This document shows, one piece after another, positions 10,524-20,850 of a stretch of DNA of 64,000 nt (positions are counted from its first letter, which is position 1; each line of letters begins with the position of its first letter). Below the pieces are notes generated by a model. It was not told the origin of the DNA. It saw only the letters and a program-made list of their open reading frames with translations, and ran no database searches. A program made the position numbers and the translations under genes. Origin of the DNA: an uncultured virus (IMG/VR IMGVR_UViG_3300006120_000018) (taxonomy: Duplodnaviria; Heunggongvirae; Uroviricota; Caudoviricetes); the IMG/VR virus record IMGVR_UViG_3300006120_000018; one strand, written 5' to 3'.

Positions 10524-12797
10524 TTATGGTTGATATATAGTAAACCCAAGTTCCATTAATCCATCAATATCCAAATCATCCGTATGTAAATCATTACCAC
10601 CCATTATTGGTTGATATTTTTGTGGGGTATTTGGTTTAGGATAATTTGATGGAACTATTATTTCTCCTGTCGTGAGGTCTTTTAATGAATATAACGTATC
10701 ATCAGTATATTCCATATCAGTTCTCGATACTTTCAATGGTTTATTCTGATCATCAAATTCATCTACAGTAAAGTATTGTTGGCATACATCAGTTTCTAAT
10801 ACAAATAATGCCCAAACTAATGCCATAACAAAATCATCTCTGTGTTTATCCGTCTTTTTGCGATACGTTCCATTCGGATATTTCACGAAGGTTTCAAATT
10901 CTGATATTGTATCATCATCATTTATTTTAACCGCATGTAAGAAATTAATCCAATACCTCAAATTACTAACAGCATTAAAACGTAAATTATTGTGACTAAA
11001 AATTCCCAAATGTCTTGTATTTTTTCTTCCATCAGTGCTAGAAGTTTTGCTATAACTTACAATTTTATCATAATAATGGGTGTGAACTAATGCATCCAAT
11101 ATCTGCGCACCACAATTATTTCTTTCTATCAATAAAGGCGGATTTCCCCAAGATGCTGCCAAATTCACCAATCTATTCGCAAAATGATATGGTTCTAACA
11201 CATTTGTTCCATATACCGCAACTTGTTTAATTTCTGTCAAATCCGTAATATCTAAAACTTGAGCGGTTGATGCAGCCCTTCCAATACCTTCCCCAACATC
11301 AACACCAATAACATATATCCTATCTTTATCAGGCATCTCATACACTTTATATGTAGAATCTGATGATGCCCATAAAGTAGGTTTCTTATTGGTTTTAAAC
11401 TCCTCTATAACCTCCGCACCCACTGCACCATCCGAAGAGTCTAAGAATTTATTTCCAAATTCCTGCTCAAATGCTGCTTCTGACCCCAAAGCTGAAATCA
11501 TACCCGCTTTCCATTTTTCATTTCTACCAGGAACATCCCACCAATCAATCCTTTCAGTCTTCCAATCATTCTTCCCCTTTTCTGCATCACTATAAATTTC
11601 GTAAAATTTATTAAAAACCCCATTTGGCGTGCTCACCATGAAAATTTTAGTTTTTTTACCGGATGATACTGTAGGAATTACAGACTTCCAAAATTCCTCC
11701 ATCAAATGTGTATTATGACTTAATACATCATTCGTATAATATTTATTTCCTTTTTTAACATCAACTAAATCATAAACAAAATCTTCACTGTCTTTTGTTA
11801 TATATTCTACTTTTGTTACTCCTGTTTTAGTTTTTATATATTTATTTACTGCGTTTTTTGCAAATATTTTCCTTCCTGATTTAGAAATAAAACAATGATT
11901 AGGAGATACTACTATACTATTACCACCTTCAAAACACACCTTTATTAATTTGCGGCGGGAATACTCAGCAACACCACTGAAATCCGACCAACCATTATGC
12001 GTTAATACCTCCCATTCTTCATTTTCTTCGTATCTAATTAAATCTGCGTTCATCTGCACAGAAGTTTTGAAAAACAAATCAGCAATTTCTACAATTTTTG
12101 TTTCGCCCGTTATTTTATTTCTCAAATCAACTTTAGTATTTCTATTGACACAATCAATAAATGCTGCTTCATCGATCACCAAAATACTTGCTGTATCCCC
12201 GCGAGCAGCAGTAGATGTAGTAGTTGATATACCAATACTACTACCGTTCGCAAAAACACAACCAGTTTTTCCCCATTCCTTAATACCAGGTTTTAAATAG
12301 TTGGGTAATAATTCATATGCAAGTCGTATCTTTTTAAAAATATTAATTGCAGTGTTTTCTTTATTTGCGACAATCATTACTCGTTGATCATCCAAAAAAC
12401 ATGTATTCCATAATGCATATACCGTAGTAAGTGTTGTATTATGACTTAGAATACCATTAGAAAAATATGTATGTTTATCGGATTTTAAAGAAACGTCATA
12501 CATGTTTTCTGGTGGTAACTCTAATTTTTCCACACTTCTTACAATCTCAACACCAGTTTCTGTAATAATTTTATCTCCAACTTCTAAATCATAAACATAT
12601 ATTTCTTCTCCATTTTCGCCAATTACTATATGCTCATCCGCACATTCTAAAAAATAATTATCCGTCTCTAATTTCCAAACATCATAAGGAATCGTCTTAT
12701 GAACGGCTTCTATATCTTCCCATCCACTATCCGTCCAAATTTCGTAATTATCTACACTACGAGTATCTATAATCTTTTCATCACTAATATCAATCAT
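10524..12797 (-). CDS. terL: Terminase large subunit, C-terminal piece (starts with split-intein C-fragment; contains a second cis mini-intein)
   Basis: ...ILSHN|TTLTT continues Walker A; ILVIDEAAF Walker B; MVSTPNG; FEQEFGNKF; YVIGVDVGEG nuclease motif; DDFVMAL. Confidence 0.9.
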   Translation of the reverse strand: MIDISDEKIIDTRSVDNYEIWTDSGWEDIEAVHKTIPYDVWKLETDNYFLECADEHIVIGENGEEIYVYDLEVGDKIITETGVEIVRSVEKLELPPENMYDVSLKSDKHTYFSNGILSHNTTLTTVYALWNTCFLDDQRVMIVANKENTAINIFKKIRLAYELLPNYLKPGIKEWGKTGCVFANGSSIGISTTTSTAARGDTASILVIDEAAFIDCVNRNTKVDLRNKITGETKIVEIADLFFKTSVQMNADLIRYEENEEWEVLTHNGWSDFSGVAEYSRRKLIKVCFEGGNSIVVSPNHCFISKSGRKIFAKNAVNKYIKTKTGVTKVEYITKDSEDFVYDLVDVKKGNKYYTNDVLSHNTHLMEEFWKSVIPTVSSGKKTKIFMVSTPNGVFNKFYEIYSDAEKGKNDWKTERIDWWDVPGRNEKWKAGMISALGSEAAFEQEFGNKFLDSSDGAVGAEVIEEFKTNKKPTLWASSDSTYKVYEMPDKDRIYVIGVDVGEGIGRAASTAQVLDITDLTEIKQVAVYGTNVLEPYHFANRLVNLAASWGNPPLLIERNNCGAQILDALVHTHYYDKIVSYSKTSSTDGRKNTRHLGIFSHNNLRFNAVSNLRYWINFLHAVKINDDDTISEFETFVKYPNGTYRKKTDKHRDDFVMALVWALFVLETDVCQQYFTVDEFDDQNKPLKVSRTDMEYTDDTLYSLKDLTTGEIIVPSNYPKPNTPQKYQPIMGGNDLHTDDLDIDGLMELGFTIYQP
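11712..12152 (-). other. Cis mini-intein (147 aa) in TerL just after Walker B
   Basis: DEAAFID|CVNRNTKV...VSPNH...VYDLVDV..YYTNDVLSHN|THL; no endonuclease domain. Confidence 0.9.
12438..12797 (-). other. Split intein C-fragment (120 aa)
   Basis: Starts at Met, lacks block A, has LECADEH (block B) and MYDVSL..YFSNGILSHN|T (blocks F/G). Confidence 0.9.
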
Positions 12798-12808
12798 TAT
12801 AATTTTAT

Positions 12809-14071
12809 TTAATCATTATGAATAAAATCTAAACAATCTTGTAATATCTTTTGCTTGTCTTTATAATACTCCAATTCTTTAACATTAAAAACTTTACATT
12901 TTAATGTTTTTACTATTTCATCTTCCCGCATTTGATCATTTTCTACTCTATAATTAACTTGTTTATTTGCAATACTATGCCAATACGCACCATTAAATTC
13001 TATGACTTTGTTTACATCTTTAATATAAAAATCTAATGATCTACTAGTTTTATGTGTCTTTACTTTATATTCGTGATTCTTTCCGTCCGTTGATATATTA
13101 CCGTCATATATAGTCGCAAAATAAATTTCTTTGTATTCGGATTTTATATTATCGTATATATTCCAAAATAACTCTTGTGATACCTTGGAATAATTTTGTT
13201 TTGGAAATGATGTCAACCATTTTTCTGTTATCCCCTTTCGAATTTCTATTGCTTTGGTTTTGTTGCATCCACTTCGCTTCATAATAGCATCTATAGAATT
13301 TGTAGTCTGTCGTTCTCTTAACTTCTGTATGGCTTCTTCTTCAGTAAACCCCATCTTAGTCCAATATCCCTTTTGTGTAGAATTACATTGCGTGTCTTGT
13401 ATGGTTTTACTAATCGCTTCACCACAGTCACTTCTGTTATTATATTTGTTATGATAATTCACACCACAACTAGTATTATAACAAAATTTATTATATCCCT
13501 CCCAAATACTATTAAATTTCATTAAATTGCCACACCATAAACATTTTCCCAATTCATTAGTTTTTTGTATATGTTTATGATAATATGATTCTTCTGAATC
13601 ATGAACGTCTTTAATATGTTTCGATAAATCTTCTTTTCTATAATATGAAATTCCACATTCTTTACATACAATATTAAAATTTTCTGGTAAAAGCTTTCCA
13701 CTTTTTATTTTTTTCTGTTGATTACTATGAGTAATACAACACGCTCCAACTGCAATCATACTAAATGGTATTAAATTTTTACATGAAACCAAACAGCATT
13801 TAGTTTTCGATAATACATATTTATTATAAATTTCTTCTTTGTTGTGTGTCGTCTTGTTAAGAGATACTGATATATCCTTCCATCCTTCAAAATAAGAATT
13901 CAATTCTTCAACAAAAATATAAGAATGTAATAATTCTTTGGTTTTGTTTATATCTCTGTTATTTTGTTTATACAATTTTCTAACTAACGACCCCGCAAAT
14001 AATCCATAGGTTTTATGTTGAAATTCCGTTAATTTTAATCCAGTTACTTTACAAATATAGGTTTTGTCCAT
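12809..14071 (-). CDS. Free-standing endonuclease between the two terL halves (C2H2 finger plus Vsr/PD-(D/E)XK-like C-terminus)
   Basis: CKECG..LSKHIKDVH zinc finger; SLDFYIKDVNKVIEFNGAYWHS. Start at 14071 inferred from TAAATA 5 nt upstream (ORF track start 14086). Confidence 0.75.
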   Translation of the reverse strand: MDKTYICKVTGLKLTEFQHKTYGLFAGSLVRKLYKQNNRDINKTKELLHSYIFVEELNSYFEGWKDISVSLNKTTHNKEEIYNKYVLSKTKCCLVSCKNLIPFSMIAVGACCITHSNQQKKIKSGKLLPENFNIVCKECGISYYRKEDLSKHIKDVHDSEESYYHKHIQKTNELGKCLWCGNLMKFNSIWEGYNKFCYNTSCGVNYHNKYNNRSDCGEAISKTIQDTQCNSTQKGYWTKMGFTEEEAIQKLRERQTTNSIDAIMKRSGCNKTKAIEIRKGITEKWLTSFPKQNYSKVSQELFWNIYDNIKSEYKEIYFATIYDGNISTDGKNHEYKVKTHKTSRSLDFYIKDVNKVIEFNGAYWHSIANKQVNYRVENDQMREDEIVKTLKCKVFNVKELEYYKDKQKILQDCLDFIHND

Positions 14072-14113
14072 ACCTATATTTATCATAAATTAAGTAAATG
14101 TCCAACTTGAAAT

Positions 14114-14551
14114 TCATCCAACACGTTTATAAAAATTTTCTATCGTAACCTCTTCAGTTTCAAGTGTTTGTTTATTCCGAATAGTTAACATAACACCACA
14201 TTTAAGGCATTTACCTACTTGTCTTGATGCTAAGACCGTAACGAACCGGTTCTTCGCTAGGCTTTTTAATACTCTTTTTTGAGCAGGGTAGAGTTCTATT
14301 TTTTCTTTACCTCTGTCGATATTTACGATATAGAAATGTTTTTCAGCGAAGTGTGTGATATCTTCCTTACATTTTTTCATTTCCTTTACCATTGCAGGAG
14401 TGAACGCAAATTGTGCATTCTCTCTTGGTAATTTTTTATCTCCTCTATAGTATTGTCTATCACCTATAGGGTTTTCGTTAATTACATCATCTTCAATCTC
14501 TTTAACATCCTCTAGATAAGAATCTTCTGGACATGTGTTATCATCACTCAT
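14114..14551 (-). CDS. terL: Terminase large subunit, N-terminal piece ending in a split-intein N-fragment
   Basis: KCKEDITHFAEKHFYIVNIDRG..LYPAQ..RFVTVLASRQVGK (T4 gp17 N-terminus up to the Walker A Lys), then CLKCGVML...stop. Confidence 0.9.
   Translation of the reverse strand: MSDDNTCPEDSYLEDVKEIEDDVINENPIGDRQYYRGDKKLPRENAQFAFTPAMVKEMKKCKEDITHFAEKHFYIVNIDRGKEKIELYPAQKRVLKSLAKNRFVTVLASRQVGKCLKCGVMLTIRNKQTLETEEVTIENFYKRVG
14117..14209 (-). other. Split intein N-fragment (31 aa)
   Basis: CLKCGVMLTIRNKQTLETEEVTIENFYKRVG*: intein block A starting at Cys right after RQVGK. Confidence 0.85.
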
Positions 14552-14572
14552 ATTAGTTTTATTTAACTAATA

Positions 14573-14977
14573 TTAGATATCTTCTTCTAGATTTCCACCT
14601 TCTCCCATACCGCCTTGTTCTGGATTAAAGATATTAAACATTGTGCAGCGCAAGTTTTCTAGTAATGCATCTCTATCTTGAGCGTTCGCAGCATGCATCA
14701 TAAAAACCTTATCACCGTGTAGATCATATCCGATAGTCATATATGCTTTTAAGTATTCTGTGGTGATGTTATTTAATTGTGCGATATCGTCACTTCTATC
14801 TTTTTCTATTGAGACTTTATCATAGAATTGGATAAAAGCTTGTTTGATTAAGCTTTGCACATCAGCATCTACGGTAGGGGGAACATTTTCAGGAACTATT
14901 TTTTTAGTTTCTGTTTTTTTACGACTAATCTTTTTTTTCCCTGTCATTTTATTTTTATTTGGGTCATTAGCAGACAT
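14573..14977 (-). CDS. Hypothetical protein
   Basis: 134-aa ORF co-oriented with neighbours; TAAATA upstream. Confidence 0.6.
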   Translation of the reverse strand: MSANDPNKNKMTGKKKISRKKTETKKIVPENVPPTVDADVQSLIKQAFIQFYDKVSIEKDRSDDIAQLNNITTEYLKAYMTIGYDLHGDKVFMMHAANAQDRDALLENLRCTMFNIFNPEQGGMGEGGNLEEDI

Positions 14978-14988
14978 AGCATCTACTA

Positions 14989-15330
14989 CTATTTATTCGT
15001 AATTGTATTTTTAGTATACTCCGCAGCTTTATTATTAATGCCATATTTTACCAGATGTTCCACTAAAATTTCAAACGACAATGTTTTAATTTTTAGTCGG
15101 GTTGGTAGATATTGGCCTCCGTCTGACAATTCCAAATATGATTCATTATCTCCGAAATTTGGATCACCGGAGAAGCAAGTACAAAAAATAGAACTTACTT
15201 TAGGATCGATAACAATAGTCCAAGACCGTGCATCCGCTTTACTATAATCATCAAATAATTTATATGCGTAATATCCGCTATCTCTGAGTCTTTTTAAGAA
15301 GTATCCTAATGTAGTTAATTTATTAGCCAT
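14989..15330 (-). CDS. Hypothetical protein
   Basis: 113-aa ORF in operon-like packing. Confidence 0.6.
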   Translation of the reverse strand: MANKLTTLGYFLKRLRDSGYYAYKLFDDYSKADARSWTIVIDPKVSSIFCTCFSGDPNFGDNESYLELSDGGQYLPTRLKIKTLSFEILVEHLVKYGINNKAAEYTKNTITNK

Positions 15331-15358
15331 AATGTTATATTAATTTATCAAATTCTGA

Positions 15359-16102
15359 TTATTTTACAAGTGCGGATATTATAAATTTCACAAGAATATT
15401 ATCTTCTTGAATTTCGAACACTGTAATTTTCAAAGAGTTATTAAATTTGACATTAATTTTACTAGTTTTAATTCCACTGATTAAACGTAAGTGTTCTAGA
15501 TTTAATGGAACAGCGGGTTCAATAGATTCACCAGTATATTCTTCGTTAATCAGATATGTAATATTATTTGAATTTGGGGTTTCTCTATCGTTCAATTCCC
15601 CATACACAGAACCATTTTTAGTATACAAATAAAATTTATTAGAATCTGTGACTATTGATGCTGCCTTCATTATTTCATTAAACTTTCCAACAGTAAGTTC
15701 AAATTCGGTATCAAATTGCAACTTATTTATTTTTGTTACGTTCAACGGGCATTTTGGTATATATCCATCTTCTGATAGGTGATATACGAAATTAAAACTT
15801 TTGTTATCATTATAAGTGATATTATTATTTTTTACAGTTAAAGAAATGTCACCAACTTTTTCTATACAACCCAACAGTCTAATAAATTTGTCAATATCCA
15901 ACAGATTCAGTTTTAATGGTGTTTCTATATCTATAGCAGTATTTAATTTTGCATATACAATGAAACTTCCATCTTGTGAAGTGCATATTGTATTAATATC
16001 GTCCTTTTCTACATTAAGGACGATATTACTTGCAACCTTACTAATTGGAGATAAAAACTTCTGAACTAATGTTCCTTTATCTATAGATATTACGGTATCC
16101 AT
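15359..16102 (-). CDS. gp45: Sliding clamp (T4 gp45-like)
   Basis: 247 aa; LNLLDIDKFIRLL, FELTVGKFNEIMKAASI, LNLEHLRLI, FIISAL; replication-block context. Confidence 0.7.
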   Translation of the reverse strand: MDTVISIDKGTLVQKFLSPISKVASNIVLNVEKDDINTICTSQDGSFIVYAKLNTAIDIETPLKLNLLDIDKFIRLLGCIEKVGDISLTVKNNNITYNDNKSFNFVYHLSEDGYIPKCPLNVTKINKLQFDTEFELTVGKFNEIMKAASIVTDSNKFYLYTKNGSVYGELNDRETPNSNNITYLINEEYTGESIEPAVPLNLEHLRLISGIKTSKINVKFNNSLKITVFEIQEDNILVKFIISALVK

Positions 16103-16527
16103 TATTTTGAATTTGTGACATATTTGATATATCTATCAACACTAATACTGATTCTATCAATAGCTTTTGCAAAAATTACGCTCGCATCCGCAAATTTTAT
16201 TAAAGTTTTTGGATCAATACTACTAAAAGCAACTGGAGATGGAGAAGGTCTTTGTGTTGGTTGAGGTTGTGGTGCGGATGGATTTCCGTTACTCATTGGG
16301 GGTGGCATTGGATATCTTTCCATAGCCTCCTTATTTAATTGCGCTACTATATTATCCCTATTATTTCTTTCTTGTTGTATTGCACTAGTCAAGAAATTTC
16401 TAGGATCGATTTTCTTTGCAGGGCCTGCGGAACTTTGTTGGAGAGTATCTTTATCAACTTGTCCTAAATTTGCCCCCACAAGTCCAGCCATCATTGCTGC
16501 TGCCATTTCATCTTCGGATATTGCCAT
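16102..16527 (-). CDS. Hypothetical Pro/Gln-rich protein
   Basis: 141-aa ORF, its stop overlaps the clamp start. Confidence 0.6.
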   Translation of the reverse strand: MAISEDEMAAAMMAGLVGANLGQVDKDTLQQSSAGPAKKIDPRNFLTSAIQQERNNRDNIVAQLNKEAMERYPMPPPMSNGNPSAPQPQPTQRPSPSPVAFSSIDPKTLIKFADASVIFAKAIDRISISVDRYIKYVTNSK

Positions 16528-16543
16528 ATTATTTTGGGTTAAA

Positions 16544-16573
16544 AGGGTTAGGGATTTTAATGTCCCTAACCCT
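16544..16573 (-). terminator. Terminator hairpin after the ssDNA-binding protein gene
   Basis: AGGGTTAGGGA-N8-TCCCTAACCCT flanked by A/T tracts. Confidence 0.7.
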
Positions 16574-16581
16574 ATTTTTTA

Positions 16582-17463
16582 TTAATCTAAGTCTGCAAGT
16601 AATGCCTTCAACTTAGCATCAGTGTCTTCGTCCGTTTCGCTAGTCACCGGATTATTGGATTCAACTTCTCTCTTTTCTGGTCTAGAACTAGAGGCATTCG
16701 TTGGTTCATCATCTTCCTCAACTTCTTCCTTTGCATCCGCATCCTTGATGCATAGGAAGTGAACATCCAACATTCTTTGTAATTCTGCTGCCTTCTTTGG
16801 TTTCATGAAGGAAGTAAGATCAAAAACGCTATTATGGATTTCATCCAACTTTTCTTCAGTTATTCCGTCTAACGTAGATGGTGCCAAAAATTTAGAAGAT
16901 ACATAAGTCGTGGAAACAGCACTTGCGTTCTTCTTATCAGTTTTCGATTCACATTTAATTCTTAATGTGCATCCATCCAAGACATCAAATATCTTCGCGC
17001 CGAACTCTTCTGCGTCATCACCCTTGAGCGCACTTTCAATGATTTTATTCAATTCGCTACCATATCGAATGACCTTAACCTTTCCGTTATTTTCAGGGGT
17101 AACTGGATCGTTGATAACATACGCATTTACCATCCAGTTATCTTTTCTGGAAATTAAACGGTTTGCCTTTTTTTGTTCTTCAGTTCCATTATTATAGATA
17201 TTGAAGATATAATTGTCTATAGGGCAAGATTCGCCATAAGTCTTAGGACAAAGAGCAGAAACAAATTGCCCTGTAGATACACTCTTCCAACTGTGGTGAA
17301 AGTAATGATATGTAGATTGTTTTGGGTCAGTTACTGTAGGAACTAGACGAACTAGGTATGTATTTCCTGCTGCGAACTTCATTACGTCTTTAAATAAAGA
17401 TTCGGATTTTGGGTTATATGAGTTTTTAATCTCATCGAACATTGATTTTGCGTTGTATTTCAT
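16582..17463 (-). CDS. gp32: Single-stranded DNA-binding protein (T4 gp32-like)
   Basis: VRLVP, HSW..CPKTYGESCPI, NAYVINDPVTPENNGKVKVIRYG; acidic tail. Confidence 0.9.
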   Translation of the reverse strand: MKYNAKSMFDEIKNSYNPKSESLFKDVMKFAAGNTYLVRLVPTVTDPKQSTYHYFHHSWKSVSTGQFVSALCPKTYGESCPIDNYIFNIYNNGTEEQKKANRLISRKDNWMVNAYVINDPVTPENNGKVKVIRYGSELNKIIESALKGDDAEEFGAKIFDVLDGCTLRIKCESKTDKKNASAVSTTYVSSKFLAPSTLDGITEEKLDEIHNSVFDLTSFMKPKKAAELQRMLDVHFLCIKDADAKEEVEEDDEPTNASSSRPEKREVESNNPVTSETDEDTDAKLKALLADLD

Positions 17464-17515
17464 AATTTTTATATTTGATTTATTTGTATTATATATTAGT
17501 TTTTTGTGTTTTCAA

Positions 17516-18166
17516 CTATTTCTTCAAAGTATTTTTAATAAACGCACTTATTTTCTTAATTGCTAGTTTGAGAAAGGGTTTAAGTGGTGAATTTAAATAT
17601 TTGATTTTTTTGTCGAAAAAGTCTGTATATGTAGCTCCAAAAAACAGGAATTGTTCATCCTCTGGTATCTCGCTAATGTATTCAAGCAAGTTTGGAAACT
17701 CCATTAAAGTGTATATGTTAATTTTATTTAATTTTAAGTGATACATCCAATCAGGGTGCATACCTTGTGTTTTGTTATTAATATATTTATCTAAAGATAT
17801 TTTATTTTCTATGCAATATTTGGTTATAAATCCTAAAGATTTTTTAACATCAGATATATGTTGTTCAGGTGCCAACTTTTCTAATTCATTTTTATATAAT
17901 GAATAACTTTTTATTGCTCTTAACGAGGAGAAATATTGTAGGTCGAAATATTCTACATCAGGGTATAATTTATAAGGAGCAATAAAATATAAATTCATAT
18001 CAATTTCAGGATACTTACCAAAGAGTATTGCAATTCTCTTTATATATGGGTATCGTTCATCATCTTCAAATCCAGTAAAGTCTTTCTTTAATTTGAAAGA
18101 TTTTTTTCTTAAAGATCGGGATACTGCTAGATGTTTGTTATAAATTGTTTTTTCTATCTCGGTCAT
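17516..18166 (-). CDS. Hypothetical protein (possible gp59-like helicase loader)
   Basis: 216-aa basic helical protein adjacent to gp32; position-based guess only. Confidence 0.4.
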   Translation of the reverse strand: MTEIEKTIYNKHLAVSRSLRKKSFKLKKDFTGFEDDERYPYIKRIAILFGKYPEIDMNLYFIAPYKLYPDVEYFDLQYFSSLRAIKSYSLYKNELEKLAPEQHISDVKKSLGFITKYCIENKISLDKYINNKTQGMHPDWMYHLKLNKINIYTLMEFPNLLEYISEIPEDEQFLFFGATYTDFFDKKIKYLNSPLKPFLKLAIKKISAFIKNTLKK

Positions 18167-18473
18167 TTTTTCCCTTTGATTTCTCGAAAATTCTTTTTGT
18201 GTTTTTGGATTTTACTAATACTGGATATATTTCCATAATTTGCAAAAGCGCATGTCTTACAGTTTCTGCTCCAGTTATTTCCATAAATATATCACGTAAT
18301 TTAGAATTTTCAAGGATCGACATGAATAAAACGGATGCATTGATCCTTTTATTATTAACTATTGACAAATACGCACCAAATTTTAATACATTTATTACAA
18401 ATTCTTTATTACATATATTATCTAATGGGTCGTTGCCGCTTATAATGTTGTCTAATATTTTGTCGTTTAACAT
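18138..18473 (-). CDS. Hypothetical protein
   Basis: ORF with probable start MLNDKILD downstream of TATAAT. Confidence 0.5.
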   Translation of the reverse strand: MLNDKILDNIISGNDPLDNICNKEFVINVLKFGAYLSIVNNKRINASVLFMSILENSKLRDIFMEITGAETVRHALLQIMEIYPVLVKSKNTKRIFEKSKGKNDRDRKNNL

Positions 18474-18520
18474 ATAATTACAAAAATAATTATACAACAT
18501 TTAAACAATTGCAAATATTA

Positions 18521-19405
18521 TTATATCGGTTTTAATGTTTTTGTAAAGGATACGAACGCTTCACTCATACGACCACCACTTGCCGCAGGATGTCCACCAC
18601 CATCTAACAATTTTTCCGCTAACTTAGATAAATCCACTGGACATGAATCTTTTTTACGAACACACACTTTATCATAATCCAATACTACAATAAATACAAT
18701 ATCAACATCATACTTCTCTAAAAGATAGTCACTCATCTCTTGTATATATTCCTTACCTATTACAGAAATTACTTTGTAATCAACACCCTTTATTGTCAAT
18801 TTTCCTCTATATACCGTTCTATCTTCATTTAAATATGCATCTCTATCTTTCTTATAAAAATCTATAATATTCTTTTGGAATTTATCAAAATTTTTAAAAC
18901 CTTGACGAAAGTTTACAATGAATGAATCTACTTTATTATTAGTGTTATGAAAGACAATATTTAAATCATTGGATAATGGAGTTTTCTTAGTATGTGCATC
19001 AAAATCATCCGCTAACCCAATCAATAATTTTTGATCGTTAGTAAAATTGGTGTTCTTCCCTAATGTATCTTTTAGCAACTTAGAGCATGAAGTATATTCT
19101 TTAATGATGTTTGTTGCACTCTTATATTCGTAATTATGTGATTGGCGATGATCGATAATAACAACATTAGGAAAATCTATCATATCTCCGATTTCTGAAG
19201 TGTCCAAATCCAAAAAGAACACCTTTTTATAATCCGTTAGTTGATTTCCCTTCAGCCAGATTTTAACATTTTCAAATAATGAATATGGAGTTGTAGTTTC
19301 TATTTTGGGTAGTTTCCCTAAAATCCAACTAAGTGTAAGATATGAAGAGATTCCATCTAAATCTCTATGGGTAAAAACTATAATGTTTGAATCTATATTG
19401 TCCAT
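18521..19405 (-). CDS. DHH-family phosphoesterase / RecJ-like nuclease
   Basis: THRDLDG, FLDLD, IIDHR (DHH variant), GGGHPAASGG (DHHA1). Confidence 0.85.
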   Translation of the reverse strand: MDNIDSNIIVFTHRDLDGISSYLTLSWILGKLPKIETTTPYSLFENVKIWLKGNQLTDYKKVFFLDLDTSEIGDMIDFPNVVIIDHRQSHNYEYKSATNIIKEYTSCSKLLKDTLGKNTNFTNDQKLLIGLADDFDAHTKKTPLSNDLNIVFHNTNNKVDSFIVNFRQGFKNFDKFQKNIIDFYKKDRDAYLNEDRTVYRGKLTIKGVDYKVISVIGKEYIQEMSDYLLEKYDVDIVFIVVLDYDKVCVRKKDSCPVDLSKLAEKLLDGGGHPAASGGRMSEAFVSFTKTLKPI

Positions 19406-19413
19406 AATTTATA

Positions 19414-20808
19414 TTATTTATTTTCTTTGCTATCCGCTATTTTATCTAATAACGAAGATATGTCGTTATTGTCTTTATCATCGTCTTCTTCTGTTGGTTC
19501 ATCTTCCACAAACATATCTTCATTAGTTTCCGATAATGATAAAGTTTGATAATCAATATTAAATCTCCATCCTCCAGTATTTCTACCAAATCGATTTTTT
19601 ATCATATTCATATTGATAGAACTCACATCAACCTCATCTTTGGGTTTCCATATATTACACATCACATCACATGTTGCTGCTAATGCTATGCTTTCAGAAA
19701 CCCCTTCCATTCCAGGATTATCTTTATTAAATGAATCTCGTTTTAATTGACTTGCGGAAACAACAGGAATATTAAACTTAAACGCCATTGCTCTAAGATG
19801 TTCCGCAATTTCCTTAATTTCCGAATATGTATTTAAATTCTTACCTATTGGTTTTAGTAGATTTATATAATCGATAACCACAACATCAGGTTTAAACCCT
19901 TTATGTTTTAATTTTTTAATATATGCTTCTAAATGTCTGACAGTAACGGATTTTGGTGCGTATTCTTTAATGACTAATTTATTTCCGTCTAATCTATCTC
20001 CGATATTGATAATTTTCTCTTTAAGTTTATCTGTATACTGCACCAATTCATTGTGTGGTATTTTAGATAATTGAGCACTAATCCGTTTGCTATACATAAA
20101 CTCAGACATTTCACAAGATATCAATAATACATTTCTACCTTTCAGTGTCATGTTTGTCGCTATATTTCCTAAAACAATACTCTTACCAACATTAACTTGT
20201 CCTAAGAAACATACCAAAGTTTTCGGAAATAAACCACCTTCAATTTTATCATCCAGACTTTTCCATCCTGTAGGCATTGGATTATATATAGCTTTCAAAT
20301 CCTGAATATGAGCATCAATATTTTCAAAATACCAATGTCCTAAATCTTCATTCAAAGATATTGCATATATTTTTTCAAATTCTTGAAGTGAATCACCAAT
20401 CTCTCGCTTTCCTTTGGTGTAGTTTTCAGCCATATCCTCAAGAGTTTTATGTAATCCTCTTTCCTTTAGAAATTTTTCAGTATTTTCATAAAGTTCTTCC
20501 TTATTGAATTTGTCACCCAATATGTTTTTATTTCGAGTTAATACATCCCGCAATGCCAATTTATCTTCATCAGAAATCAATTTAGCCTTAATTTCTGCAT
20601 ACGTTGGACACACACCACGATCATTAAAAAATTCTACAATCTTATTAAAAATTAATCGTATTTGTTTATCCACGAAATATGCTGGATTCGCATGATCAAC
20701 AATAGCTGCTAGATATTGCTCATCATTAATACAATTAACAAGAATGATATTTTCGTAATACTCTAAATCTAGTTTTTTTTCTTCTAATATTTCTTTTTTT
20801 TCGTTCAC
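19414..20808 (-). CDS. gp41: Replicative DnaB-like helicase (T4 gp41-like)
   Basis: GQVNVGKS, ISCEMSE, VVIDYINLL, SASQLKR, KNRFG. Confidence 0.92.
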   Translation of the reverse strand: MNEKKEILEEKKLDLEYYENIILVNCINDEQYLAAIVDHANPAYFVDKQIRLIFNKIVEFFNDRGVCPTYAEIKAKLISDEDKLALRDVLTRNKNILGDKFNKEELYENTEKFLKERGLHKTLEDMAENYTKGKREIGDSLQEFEKIYAISLNEDLGHWYFENIDAHIQDLKAIYNPMPTGWKSLDDKIEGGLFPKTLVCFLGQVNVGKSIVLGNIATNMTLKGRNVLLISCEMSEFMYSKRISAQLSKIPHNELVQYTDKLKEKIINIGDRLDGNKLVIKEYAPKSVTVRHLEAYIKKLKHKGFKPDVVVIDYINLLKPIGKNLNTYSEIKEIAEHLRAMAFKFNIPVVSASQLKRDSFNKDNPGMEGVSESIALAATCDVMCNIWKPKDEVDVSSINMNMIKNRFGRNTGGWRFNIDYQTLSLSETNEDMFVEDEPTEEDDDKDNNDISSLLDKIADSKENK

Positions 20809-20850
20809 AATATAATTCCTATATTATACCACATCACTTTAAGAAATCTA

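Noticed and set aside
12798..14113. Group I intron interrupting terL
   Set aside because: Only 11 bp and about 40 bp of non-coding DNA flank the endonuclease, and both terL halves carry complementary intein fragments
14573..14977. Small terminase (gp16) by position
   Set aside because: No recognisable gp16 motif; left as hypothetical
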